Shown: positions 22,301 through 29,185 of the stretch, piece by piece | Layout of the letters: each line of letters begins with the position of its first letter | Position numbering within the stretch: the first letter of the stretch is position 1 | Virus record (IMG/VR): IMGVR_UViG_3300021400_000552 | Span: 32,001-96,000 of that record | Direction: 5' to 3' (one strand) | Length of the DNA stretch: 64,000 nt | Source of the DNA: a virus | Taxonomy: Duplodnaviria; Caudoviricetes | Translations under genes and position numbers: made by a program | The notes under the pieces: generated by a model | Seen by the model: only the letters and a program-made list of their open reading frames with translations | Told to the model about the DNA's origin: nothing | The model's database searches: none

Positions 22301-22892
22301 TGTGTTTTGGTATAAAGATGGTAGTGTAAAACAATATGCCCCATTTGCATCTAAAGCGTTAACCGCTGTAACGGCTACATCTGCTGCGAGTGCAGCCAGT
22401 GCTACAAATGCCACAAATGCTACAAATGCAACAAATCTATTAGCGCATAGTAATAACGAGGTCTTTATTGGTGCAAATAGCGCAACGGCCGGATCATCCA
22501 CTAATGATAGCGTGTGGATTAACTATCGAGATGTTTATAATGGTTCTACCTCTAACAATGCCACGAAAGTAACAGATTACTATTTTGGCAATAGAAAAGG
22601 TAATACTACGGATGTTGAGGTTCATGCGGCTACATTTGCCGGAGCTTTGTCTGGCAATGCAACAAGTGCTACCGCTATTAGTAGCAGCACGTTTACAGCG
22701 GCATCTGCATCTGATGTAGATAGATACATGTGGATGTCATGGAACGATAATGGCGGTAGACCATGTTATTCTGCTGATGTGACATATAATACAAGCACGA
22801 AGATCTTAAAAACTCCAAAATTACAAATGGAAAATTGGAATGTGTCAGAAGATACTGTAACTAAAGCACTAGTCTTTAAGTTTGTAGGCTAA
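10353..22892 (+). CDS. Large tail tip/tail fibre protein (Tal/central fibre with fused fibre modules), 4179 aa
   Basis: N-terminal prophage-tail-like domain (VTALSGYG..DMNIRDVNPNGT..IYNLDFF), coiled coils, beta-helix/fibre repeats (KITSGDI, ATITGRLDAAEGNIT x2, GNVTGDLTGNVTG, NATNATNAT). Follows Dit. Confidence 0.85.
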   Translation: MIINFSSIQRDYYGNIEEPVVTLKTPHGAVISTIPANCINMTCRYNDVSEVTFDVPGYIEGVKTHAYDDIQGLRLVEIGDFGDFVLVNPVKEDEDGIKEVKHCTAYSLEYVFNYKQVDLGSGTYNFCNPLDNTDTIMGMLVEAVPDWSIGDVDEALIGRWRTFEQTDDNWYSFMMNDLQKAYNCLFIFDTKNKRINAINVSRENENLPIYLSYHNLLKSVTVTELSEDVVTALSGYGSGDDMNIRDVNPNGTTKIYNLDFFIARGDLPSDLADRWREYKAKLETQQVVYSGLQIAYNDRLAQLLAAQANVYALQTDYDALDTTLKTNQEVALQAQTDSEREIIDTIIAELKNEVAQKERALIAAKKEIADEDGSGLERDVEELQQQLMDVVEECKLDNFFTVDELEILSQYFIEDSITEDSFVLSEYGAAFADNLYANLDESASAQIQVTNSKVYATDAFALIEDIEGMDLDASLQQQLIDQLNDDKDKSSLEMRGGTLTFSYYETTDYGLEQHTLSGDIVSVDFQYNLKNLSSYVDENSPDMTKKDYFILTADLANGSADDAPYPSMRLAMDGFIGNPTPSSTDTTLDIHFKNLTYTCTASVTELQKQGVLKELYDYTKDELKKLSEPSYEFSVDSANFLFAEKFEPFKDALKLGSTINLVIDQEEEEVLEPILIEVNFDFEDQTRLQLTFSDKYKSSSHQFKLADLIQEATHSARSVSLNKASYSSYKDSDASSQVRQMKESALDVSKNKIINATNQNLEWNESGIFLRKNDATGSPQPQQIGLINDAIVFTKDDWDTIEMAIGAIYDQNTGLGYGIAAPSIYGTLIAGENLVIENTVLSEDGTEILKQFKVDATGAWLNNSSLVLASDNGGKMFIDPDYGFAAGNADLYELDGNTVIPSFIDPEDGSIIMDEAELIHTASGSYYYVPKNANFYFDIKTGNAYFAGDINGKNILAETINGMAITQNTLDGSAIINGTVDAGAKLTGDVDADQLYKNVVAAVNQYVDTQLANQDPITAINNKVIQNLSAVNFTANKIVADELSAAAMDAVKAEIGTLDADTIILDTPTAKMIIDPKYGMAAGNANLFTVDSEGNVTPSFTDLSGNIIIDPNTGAPRNSTLFFDIKTGKTYFTGEISASQITSGDISSDRIKTNVINAVNASIGTATIDAAKIGDLSADKITSGDIDADRIKTNVISAINADLTSATINTAHIPNLDASKITTGTLSADVIDTESLLADSATIDALKAKDATIEGNITAATGRIDTLESTALTADSAVITNLQAADATITGRLDAAEGNITTLTADNATINGKITAAEGRIDTLETTALTADSAVITNLQAADATITGRLDAAEGNITNLTANKADITDLNAATADINLLKANKADIDLANVNNAWITNGVIKDAAISDAQIIGVSANKLTAGTIDANKITVANLNAKNLVVETINGQAILGGSYNAVDKTSAGYASKVPATEGWYEIVDGAFVKSSDTSVHNNKTYYTLGQTSVTTTDYVDDIVDGLNDRIDGAIQTYTTDVVPTLNNYPAEDWTTTKLLDEHVGDVCYVVNAASQADGYCYRFTKAQDNNYSWTLIKDSDVTKALQDLITAQGDISGLKSFETQTTSWMNNTDDELTSIKSRTSTLETNMDTKVDTTTFNTLSQTVDENSSSITTLTTTVNGKADSSIVTTLSNTVNTVSQKANQNESDIRTLTQTVTDNETDIEQKYSNVTQDLNGFKTTVGNTYTKVADLVNNQTDYYMLTTSNESVENAKERYVKTTFGVVASFDDGVDRPMKSLQMDLTPKQDLHGYDSPWIGGSGKNKLDQSAYTWLDATSYSNGVFTAETRTPFNSAMVRLYKNGEVVSTINKAPTEGSRVSMNVTVDDTWDACFIGYRMGGASNIGGLFNKPIVADGTYTVSFMVDKLPSTSVYGKFSNIQFESGSTATSYEPYSNVCPISGWDEVETQRTGVNVWGGVTMANGIKNAIPQAVLDTDAKTISYASGYALPNSVFTSGVPFKANTQYTLILKFSNTKARTNVRVVYTDGTNQFIPTSATGLQTITFTSTANKTIDYIGGLNSDGASVFYYEECGVFEGVLTADQFEPYQSESYTTPLPTTVYGGTVDVVNGTLTVDRAMVDLGTLSAGYNSTWQCWYLASGISGAKVVGSNNNAPSAISDRMTAVKASGYTSSHSTGTFSQNTSGAWFFDNGSETQLNGTLVYELATPQTIQLTPQQIQTLLGRNNVWSDGGVEVRVKYVAEKDAEWTITLLYPTEESPYVWWKHRTNFSNSDDYYESDPTIFNSYPEDLSNRISNVETSYVKTSTFNVTTDEIRGEVSSLETTTKSYTDGKISQEVTDRNSAIQQSANNITSTVSQTYATKDTVNGISNRVTSAESSITQNANNIALKVSQDGVIASINASPESVTINANRVNIAGAAIFSQYTKTADLDDTISDLGYAQTSDTVADAQRIYISKSATGSYTGPTTWVTSTTYTADVWTTKRPAYDSKHPYLYTCIQKKTVDGTITCTPVLLDDTTTIIDGGKIITGSVSTSQLATDAVKSSNYVAADSDLPYSSDGTFLDLSSGNIYSPNFGVINSAVLDEHGDVVLQPGAYLNGEIVATSGMIGDDENTSWEIGAFTDYNADTYGSLISHGKAFIQSGKWMLSEDLFDTRWYALDGSTGGQKITYPYDASVYWDFGLHAPDVVKTSNRTTLDDSFLYIRKHASTIPSIESEWDYVFRIDKSGMVYINGQSLDDKYASKTDVGSDYLPKTGGTITGNLTVTGTITGTASNAAKTTGTLSINGKTFNGSADVNVGTLGVAYGGTGETTLNAAANSLINSLGAGTATTITDNVDIITRDTGTSNNYYRRKATVLWNYINGKLTSADTYMPKSGGTFTGDVTFNGETTFNSPVSINDELYADSVNAGNLIVSGAGRFTNGLYGDLIGNVSGNVTGDLTGNVTGNVSGYARKVLDAGNNTSEITFAYSKQGLTTASWLAAWNGYELRAISPTVVKGLMSLSKSDVGLDNVENTIDANKRVKGANITTELNSVAKYSDTSGTFADSGIYIDDNNNLVIGATDASNNVTHTGNLKIGVRNDSYGLMPYANNWNTIGASNMRWYHIWGSTIHATHGDITNWWSNNNIGSPVTSGAAATKGKFNLYNICAVGGTQTKTSIEANDATNSNISLILPSESGTLALTKNYQPYVHYSTTAANDTMASKYYKIKINSTQAWMLSFVVRLYHYYSAYDLQISGYNYGSSHWYSPDVVMLGSNTTGAIDVTFGYDGDYQLWVSIPASAYTGLDITNVTNGYFQVDNLEGLFTITLEDSQPTTVQTTKTAYRPWYRNETVTNATNATNATNASKVNNHTVNADVPSGAKFTDTTYVVATNTADGLMSADDKKKLDQINVSDIGRVDANTIVGEKDIKVTISSGIATVGHANTAITAGTASGTSSATNLAFGATVTLPSVTYDAYGHITAASTTSFKLPAAPTSVSGNAGTATQFSSAASVTLTGDTTGSASSVKGWSLTTKTDRLSTVSDNRSVATTPNEYKNKFIFQGLKNNSTIGSPSTSTYSYLFGLRGWSDNSGGNAHELAFNDAGIYRRQGATDSWNNWEQLLDSGNYTDYTVKKDGTGATGDWDINISGNAATASKMAILETKSYSNIIGATTADADTHFYFAKIQPESYSARWRIKYKISATMNGQPEGAAYSIVEIEGMRNTYGVYRTYNMHTNSGYRPYYYHTLYFARDTGINNGYGHALGVSLLYSYGSATTANARHFDIEVYECEGCTLTFLDNMVTYADWPGNGSTNYYSRSNFDGSTYGWTQAGDRNDVNYQQRIYYTSSIAAEAIYRYQLLLRDRDQHLIPVSSANNTFAIGKTYSSKPFDPFGEIYYYYSSGSVSANGNVGNSTLYRQFLVDLRYAFDLDASSSHELVARKPVYLTATPQADGTAILTKLNNSTIGPLTQNLPTSDDGLIYIYLGQAYEDSHPYRLELSLHHPVFWYKDGSVKQYAPFASKALTAVTATSAASAASATNATNATNATNLLAHSNNEVFIGANSATAGSSTNDSVWINYRDVYNGSTSNNATKVTDYYFGNRKGNTTDVEVHAATFAGALSGNATSATAISSSTFTAASASDVDRYMWMSWNDNGGRPCYSADVTYNTSTKILKTPKLQMENWNVSEDTVTKALVFKFVG
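14104..14440 (+). repeat. In-frame tandem duplication (~59 aa unit) in tail protein
   Basis: GRIDTLE(S/T)TALTADSAVITNLQAADATITGRLDAAEGNIT occurs twice, nearly identical in protein. Confidence 0.8.
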
Positions 22893-22906
22893 TAAATTAA
22901 TGTTAT

Positions 22907-22940
22907 GGGTGTCAAAGTCAGATTTGGCACCCTTTTATTT
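22907..22940 (+). terminator. Rho-independent terminator
   Basis: GGGTGTCAAA-GTCAGA-TTTGGCACCC followed by TTTTATTT. Confidence 0.75.
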
Positions 22941-22961
22941 ATATATGGAGGTAACAATAGG

Positions 22962-24641
22962 ATGAGTTTACAGGTTTGGTTGCCTCTATGTGGTAACTTA
23001 ACACAACAAGGAATAAGTAATATTGAAGCCACGAATCACAATACTGTTGTTAATGATTATGGTAAAATCGGAAAATGTATGGAATTCACAGCTGATAATA
23101 GCTATATTGAATTGCCAGTAACAGATTTAACTCAAATGTCTGGTGCATTTTCAATTGTTTTGTGGGTAAAAATATTATCATGGAATACCAATTACGCAAC
23201 ATTAATAAATGCTTGGGATGTAAGTTATTCATGGAAGAATTTGATATTTTCATTATTAAGATATAGTGGTCAAAATCGACTTTGTTTTAATATCGCAGAT
23301 GGCCATGCATATACAGCGGGTGGCTGTATTACAGATGAATTGGAATTAGACACTTGGTACAATTTTGCATGTATTTATGAACCTGGCGTTACTAAGCTAT
23401 ATCAAGATGGAACTTTAGTGAGTTCTTATAGCACCTCCGTTGTTCCAGATTTTTCAAAGATTACTAGTTGTAAACTTGGTCAAACAATGAACGGATTTTA
23501 CCAAGCTAATTGCTTGATGAATGATGTTCGTTTATATGATCACGCTTTAACAGAAAAAGAAGTCAAAGAAATTAGTCGTGGATTGGTTTTACATTATCCG
23601 TTGAATGATAGATATGTTGAGCCAACAAAAAATATGCTTCCAATAGAAAAACAAAATTTTGTAGTTAATGGTAAAGCAGATGCTGGATATTATAATGTCA
23701 CCACATCTGAGAGTGGGGCTTATACATTGAGCGCCTATATTAAGCGTGAGACAAAAGATGATGAGTGGAGCGCCCCTCGTTTCTCTATGCAGATAAAATA
23801 TACTGATGGCAATACGACATACAATTATACGGCGTTCAATAATATTCCAAAGGATGGAAAGTTCCATTACTATGAGTTGACAACCATATCTAATCCGAAT
23901 AAAACCGTACAATCAGTGTATGGATGGATGCTAGATCATAGTAGTCCTACAACGACAAAATATGTAGAGGTATGTAATGCGCAATTAGAAAATAAAGATC
24001 ATGCTACTGCATATACGTCATCAGAACGTAAATCTTCTGATATATTAGTGCATGATATAAGCGGCTTTTCAAACAACGGCACCGTTACTGGCGCGCTGAG
24101 TACGTCCAGTGATACGGTTAGATATAAGGCGAGTACGTATTTTAATGGCTCAAGCTATGCGCTTACTGATAGTGGTTCTTTTTCATGGTTTGATTTTGAT
24201 AAGTGTACTCTGTCTGTATGGATGAAACCTACTACCACGCCCTCCTCATGGGCGGGAACTTTTGGCATAGCGCATAATAATTCAAGTGGAAATAAATCCT
24301 TTGTTATCGGTAATTATGGCGGAAAGTTTACAATGCAAAGTGCTAATGGTGGCTGGGTAAATATTCAGTCTGTAAATTTACCAATCAATGAATGGCATCA
24401 TTGTGCGGCTACTCTTGATGGGACAACAATTAAAATGTATTTCGATGGTGAACTAGTGAATACTTATACAATAAACTGGGGAACCACCACAGTAGCTTCA
24501 GATACAAGGGTGCAAGTTGGCGTTGATTTACCGGGCTCAGATGAAATTTATCAAGGTTATTATTCTGATGCGAGAATTTATACAATTGCCCTCTCTGCCA
24601 ACGATATTCAAGAACTATACGCAATGGGGGTGAGTGAATGA
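22962..24641 (+). CDS. LamG/concanavalin-like tail adhesin, paralog 1
   Basis: Start moved to ATG 22962 (GGAGGT RBS; the upstream ATG lies at the start of the terminator). Two LamG domains (WYNFACIY..MNDVRLYDHALT; WHHCAATLDG..YSDARIY..LS..DI.ELY) flank a CBM-like domain. Confidence 0.8.
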   Translation: MSLQVWLPLCGNLTQQGISNIEATNHNTVVNDYGKIGKCMEFTADNSYIELPVTDLTQMSGAFSIVLWVKILSWNTNYATLINAWDVSYSWKNLIFSLLRYSGQNRLCFNIADGHAYTAGGCITDELELDTWYNFACIYEPGVTKLYQDGTLVSSYSTSVVPDFSKITSCKLGQTMNGFYQANCLMNDVRLYDHALTEKEVKEISRGLVLHYPLNDRYVEPTKNMLPIEKQNFVVNGKADAGYYNVTTSESGAYTLSAYIKRETKDDEWSAPRFSMQIKYTDGNTTYNYTAFNNIPKDGKFHYYELTTISNPNKTVQSVYGWMLDHSSPTTTKYVEVCNAQLENKDHATAYTSSERKSSDILVHDISGFSNNGTVTGALSTSSDTVRYKASTYFNGSSYALTDSGSFSWFDFDKCTLSVWMKPTTTPSSWAGTFGIAHNNSSGNKSFVIGNYGGKFTMQSANGGWVNIQSVNLPINEWHHCAATLDGTTIKMYFDGELVNTYTINWGTTTVASDTRVQVGVDLPGSDEIYQGYYSDARIYTIALSANDIQELYAMGVSE

Positions 24642-26746
24642 GTTTACAAGTTTGGCTACCGTTAACTGGGAATCTACATAATCAAGGATTAAGCGAAATT
24701 ACATATACTGGCACTCCCACTTTTAAATCGGTTGGTAAAATTGGTGCAAAATCTTATGATCTTAATTACAGAACAACTATTACATGTCCAGATTTGACGA
24801 ATAAATCTCGCTTTACTATTGCGTTTTGGGCAAAGGTAAATACAGATACGTCACTTACTACTAATTGGGTTGATGTAATAGGTTTTACTGATAAACATTC
24901 TAATGGAACTACTGGACAGCTACGTTGGGAAACTTGTTATGCCAATTCATCAACACGTGGTATTAGTGGCCACGATAATGCCATATACGCAACAACCAAT
25001 GGTCCAAATGGAAGTCCAACCACCAAAGACACATGGCATCATATTGTGTGTGTTGTTGGTGATGATGTACGTGAGTACAGAAATGGTAAATTAACGGGAA
25101 CATATACGGCGAATGGCGGAACATTAACAGGGGTATTTTGGCTTGGTGAAGCTGGCAAGGTTAATGGTGAGATCAATGATGTACGGATTTATGATGAATG
25201 CCTTGATCCGCTGGAAGTTAAACGGTTATCCCAGGGTCTAGTCCTCCACTACCCTCTTAATAATAACGGTCTGGGAGGTACAAACCTATTAAATAATCCG
25301 ACCAAATTTACAGCTGGTGGGGCCGCATCTGGAAATACAAAAACCGTTCTTGATGATGGAATAGTACAAGTAGTTGCAGCATCTGGTAATTCAAACTGGG
25401 TGCGTTTTGCTGATTCTGATACCACATTGCCGCTCACTAAGGGTGACACATTTACATTTTCGATACGAATACGTAGTGATGATTCAACGAAAAATCCAAC
25501 CGTATATTTTAATGATGGCCTTGGTTATTTTACTATGCAAGGACAAATGTCCAAAGAATGGACAACCATTTACTATACTGGTACATGGAGCATTGACAAG
25601 TTAAATACGATGATCCACTTAGGCTTCAGCTCAGCTCCTGGCACATATTATATACAAAGCTTTAAGTTGGAACGAGGAAATAAGCCGACACCTTTCATTG
25701 ATAATGTTGTATTTGAAAAGAGTGGTTTAATAGTAAGTAATTGGGGATCCGCAGAGGGTTCTAGGCTGGAGTTTAGGTATTTAGATACTGGCACTTCTTT
25801 TCACATTCAAAGTGGCGAAAAATTAATGGTATCTTTTGATTTTAAGATGATAATTAATACCGCCCCATCTAGTGGTAGTGCTCCATACTTTATTATGTAT
25901 AATTCGAATTATCGTGGACCGCATGGCAATTGGACGTATGTGAATTTTAATACAGAACTTGCTGGTACTTATGCTGTTGGTGATGTTATTGAAAAACGTA
26001 TTAATAAAATAGTTACAGTTGGTGCACTAAATCCTGGCACTAGAGCTACTGATGGTATTGAGTTTTATTCAAATTATGGTTCTAATAACTGGTATGAGAT
26101 AAAAAATTTAAAAATAGAACGATATAACGATATTGAATATGATGTAAGCGGATATGGAAGGAATAGTACACTTTCTCAAAACATACAAACAGTTTCTAAT
26201 TCTCCACGCTATTTAACAAGCACATATTTTAATGGTTCAGCATATATTCAAGCTGATCCCCTGCCCTCAGAAGTTAAAACCATAAGTTGTTGGGTGAAAA
26301 CAGATAAACCATCAACAAATCAGTTTTATTGGTGCGATACTGGAACGGCAATGTGCCTTGCTACGTATAACGGCCATGGCACTGTGATAACTTATTACAA
26401 GCAAGGTGGTCAAGGTGCGGGTAGTAAATGTACACTGAGTGGATCTAAGTGGAATAGTAATGGGTGGAATCATTTCGTCGTTATTGATACTGGTAATGGA
26501 ACTAGAGATGTTTATTGCAATGGTGAAAAGCTAACGCCCACATCAAACGATTGGTATGGAACTGTCGGATCTAAATTAGTTATAGGAAATCGAGGATCTG
26601 GCGCCGTTCCGTTATATGGATATGTTTCAGATTTTCGTGCTTACGCTACACAATTATCCCCCGACGACATCAAAGCACTATATGAGAACTCCGCATACAT
26701 TGCGACAGACGGAACAGCTTATGCGTATGAGTTTGTGGAGGAATAA
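24638..26746 (+). CDS. LamG/concanavalin-like tail adhesin, paralog 2
   Basis: Same MSLQVWLPL start, DVRIYD..GLVLHYPLN junction and C-terminal LamG (GYVSDFRAYATQLS). ATGA overlap with paralog 1. Confidence 0.8.
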   Translation: MSLQVWLPLTGNLHNQGLSEITYTGTPTFKSVGKIGAKSYDLNYRTTITCPDLTNKSRFTIAFWAKVNTDTSLTTNWVDVIGFTDKHSNGTTGQLRWETCYANSSTRGISGHDNAIYATTNGPNGSPTTKDTWHHIVCVVGDDVREYRNGKLTGTYTANGGTLTGVFWLGEAGKVNGEINDVRIYDECLDPLEVKRLSQGLVLHYPLNNNGLGGTNLLNNPTKFTAGGAASGNTKTVLDDGIVQVVAASGNSNWVRFADSDTTLPLTKGDTFTFSIRIRSDDSTKNPTVYFNDGLGYFTMQGQMSKEWTTIYYTGTWSIDKLNTMIHLGFSSAPGTYYIQSFKLERGNKPTPFIDNVVFEKSGLIVSNWGSAEGSRLEFRYLDTGTSFHIQSGEKLMVSFDFKMIINTAPSSGSAPYFIMYNSNYRGPHGNWTYVNFNTELAGTYAVGDVIEKRINKIVTVGALNPGTRATDGIEFYSNYGSNNWYEIKNLKIERYNDIEYDVSGYGRNSTLSQNIQTVSNSPRYLTSTYFNGSAYIQADPLPSEVKTISCWVKTDKPSTNQFYWCDTGTAMCLATYNGHGTVITYYKQGGQGAGSKCTLSGSKWNSNGWNHFVVIDTGNGTRDVYCNGEKLTPTSNDWYGTVGSKLVIGNRGSGAVPLYGYVSDFRAYATQLSPDDIKALYENSAYIATDGTAYAYEFVEE

Positions 26747-26749
26747 GAT

Positions 26750-27322
26750 ATGAGCAATATATTTTTAAGCGAAACGATACAATCATACGCAAAAACTCCT
26801 AACGCGCGTGGGCATGGCGAATATGTTTTTCACAATGGATACTGGGCTATGGATATAGAACCGGCAACTTTTTATAAGGGTAGTGATGAAGTAAAAGATG
26901 CTCATGTATTAAGCGAAGAATTTATTCCAAATATGCGATATGTATTTGACATATGGGTTGATGTGGACGCAATTATATATAACGATATTAATCGACCCGC
27001 TGGTTTAAGGATTTTTTATACAGATGGCTCATCTGATAGCTCATCATTAATAACTACTGGTAGTCATGATCCGGCTACTGGATATCAGCATTTGTTTTAT
27101 GTGTCACCATCAAATAAATCAGTAGATTATCTTACTGTATATTATTGGTCGTCATCATATGTATATTATCGAGCAGATTCATATATTTGCCCACTTGACG
27201 AAATCCAACTACATCAAACTGGAGTTTTAAATACTCAAAATATAACAGAATCATTAACCAGAGCTAAAGACTGCAAAATTATACATGGCAATATATCGCC
27301 CACAGAAATTATTGAATTATAA
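26750..27322 (+). CDS. Tail-associated hypothetical protein (CBM-like)
   Basis: GGAGG RBS. Shares a YTDG...S.NK.V motif with domains in the neighbouring tail proteins. Confidence 0.6.
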   Translation: MSNIFLSETIQSYAKTPNARGHGEYVFHNGYWAMDIEPATFYKGSDEVKDAHVLSEEFIPNMRYVFDIWVDVDAIIYNDINRPAGLRIFYTDGSSDSSSLITTGSHDPATGYQHLFYVSPSNKSVDYLTVYYWSSSYVYYRADSYICPLDEIQLHQTGVLNTQNITESLTRAKDCKIIHGNISPTEIIEL

Positions 27323-27332
27323 AGGAGATAAT

Positions 27333-28208
27333 ATGTCACGAATTATTGTTAAAATTAATAACACAACCGAGTTTACGCTGGTTGAATGGGATGCGACCGG
27401 GTTTGTATCAAATCCGCAATTTAAAATTGCGTCTGACGACCTCGCCAGTGTAAAGAACGCGTTTTCTGAAATCGAGAAAATTCAGGTGTTCCAGGATGAA
27501 CATCTTGCTGCCGAGACGACACAATATGATACATATGATGCGATACAATATCTCGGCACGGTATTTAGCCCATCAATGGATCGGTTTGTTGAGTGCCTAC
27601 AGGTTAGTCTTAAAAAGACAAGCCTTGTGGAACAGGTAGAGAGATTAACAGCTGAAATCTTTCCAGTAACCGATTTTGATGCTATGACAACAGAGCAATA
27701 CAGGACATGGCTTCTGAATAAGATTGCTGAAGATTGTCAAAACGATGTATATGCTGGCACAAGCGTACAGATTTCGACTGGTGTAAAGCATTTTAGATAT
27801 ACCATGGAAGATCAGCAGAATCTCGGCAGTATTGTTGCTCTGCTGATGAGCGTGCCGGAACTCCCGGCTATGCCCTATCATGCGGATGGCGAATTTTGTT
27901 ACTTAATGTCAAAAGCTGATATTTTGTTAGTATATTTGACACTACACATGAGACTGCTGGCAATTACTACGCGGTGCAATCATATGAATATGTGGATCAA
28001 GAGTATTCAGACTAAAGAAGAATTAATGAATATTGATTACTCTACTCCACTTCCGCAAGAATATCAGGATCAGGTAGATGCTATCATGGCGCGCGCAATC
28101 GAGATGGAAGAACTGTTGATTGCACATTATCTGCCAGTACAGGACGATGATGGATCGGGTACGGACCCTGTTGAGGAGCCGACAGAAAATGAAAACGGTA
28201 CTGAGTAG
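27333..28208 (+). CDS. Tail fibre-associated protein, DUF4376-like C-terminus
   Basis: Start at ATG 27333 after AAAGGAG. Contains C..D.YAG..V......HF.YT.EDQQNL..YHADGE.C. Confidence 0.6.
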   Translation: MSRIIVKINNTTEFTLVEWDATGFVSNPQFKIASDDLASVKNAFSEIEKIQVFQDEHLAAETTQYDTYDAIQYLGTVFSPSMDRFVECLQVSLKKTSLVEQVERLTAEIFPVTDFDAMTTEQYRTWLLNKIAEDCQNDVYAGTSVQISTGVKHFRYTMEDQQNLGSIVALLMSVPELPAMPYHADGEFCYLMSKADILLVYLTLHMRLLAITTRCNHMNMWIKSIQTKEELMNIDYSTPLPQEYQDQVDAIMARAIEMEELLIAHYLPVQDDDGSGTDPVEEPTENENGTE

Positions 28209-28650
28209 GCTACTACAAGTAGCTTTTATTTTTATATTTAGTGGAACTGCTTATGTTTTGCTTGAAATGTTATGTCGTGGTTATAGCCACATAACAATGT
28301 GGGTGCTGGGCGGCATATGCGGCGTAATCATTGCGCTAGTTAATAATGACATATTTTTAAGTAGTAAAACGCCATTTGAGATTCAAGTGGCGTTTTGTGC
28401 TACTTGTTGCGTTCTTGGCGAATACATATTTGGCATTATTTTTAACCGCGATTTTACCATATGGGATTACCGCGAGATACCCGGCACTTTTGCTGATGGA
28501 CAATTAAATATATTTTTTATACTGCTTTGGATTGTAATATGTATATTTGCGATCCCACTACTTGACTGGATCGAATATAAGCTGCTTGATGGCAGGCGAC
28601 CAGTTTATAGATTTTTATGCTTAAAGCGAAAAGGAGAACAACAATTATGA
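28189..28650 (+). CDS. Membrane protein, putative ABC-transporter permease CmpB/TMEM229-like
   Basis: Start at ATG 28189 after GAGGAG. Four hydrophobic segments with Y..LE..RGYSH.TM..LGG.C, EY.FG.I.N, IWDY, N/GQ motifs. Confidence 0.65.
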   Translation: MKTVLSRLLQVAFIFIFSGTAYVLLEMLCRGYSHITMWVLGGICGVIIALVNNDIFLSSKTPFEIQVAFCATCCVLGEYIFGIIFNRDFTIWDYREIPGTFADGQLNIFFILLWIVICIFAIPLLDWIEYKLLDGRRPVYRFLCLKRKGEQQL

Positions 28651-29147
28651 AGAAAACTATTATCAATATCGCAGCTGTAAACGTTATCTCTTGGTACAAC
28701 AACGATGCTACACAGACAAAGCTTAAGAAACTGCCGCTTAAAATGCAGTGGACAATGCGCAAAAACATGAAGGCGCTGGAACCGCTGGCAAAAGAGTTTG
28801 GCGATTTTAGAGATGAGCTTATTCAGAAGAGAAACGAGGAATGGTTTGTTGAAGGTAATGGTAAGTGCGAAAAGGTGACTCGCAAAGATGAAAATGGCGT
28901 CGATCAAGAACTGTTACAGATTCTGCCGGAATGTCAAGATGAGTTTGCCGAATATGAACAGGAATTAAACGTGCAACTGAGTGAAATTGCAGCGGAGGAA
29001 AATACGGTGGAGATTACACCGATTGATCTTGAGCAATTTGTTGATGTTGCTGATGAATATAACACGGGTATCGATATGGACGACCTTGATATTATTAGTG
29101 TTTTTGAGGCCGTTGAGGAAGTCGAAGCTGAGATCGTAGAGGGCTAA
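28647..29147 (+). CDS. Hypothetical acidic phage protein (DUF1617-like)
   Basis: Start at ATG 28647 after AAAGGAG. LP.K.QW..RKN.K.L..L..EF motif. Confidence 0.6.
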   Translation: MKKTIINIAAVNVISWYNNDATQTKLKKLPLKMQWTMRKNMKALEPLAKEFGDFRDELIQKRNEEWFVEGNGKCEKVTRKDENGVDQELLQILPECQDEFAEYEQELNVQLSEIAAEENTVEITPIDLEQFVDVADEYNTGIDMDDLDIISVFEAVEEVEAEIVEG

Positions 29148-29167
29148 ATATCGCCCTCTTTCTTTTT
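29138..29167 (+). terminator. Rho-independent terminator
   Basis: AGAGGGC-TAAATATC-GCCCTCT followed by TTCTTTTT. Confidence 0.7.
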
Positions 29168-29185
29168 GAAGGAAGGTGAATTTAT

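Noticed and set aside
22905-22961. ORF-track start of LamG paralog 1 at 22905
   Set aside because: It overlaps the terminator hairpin. The ATG at 22962 has an RBS and matches the paralog's N-terminus.
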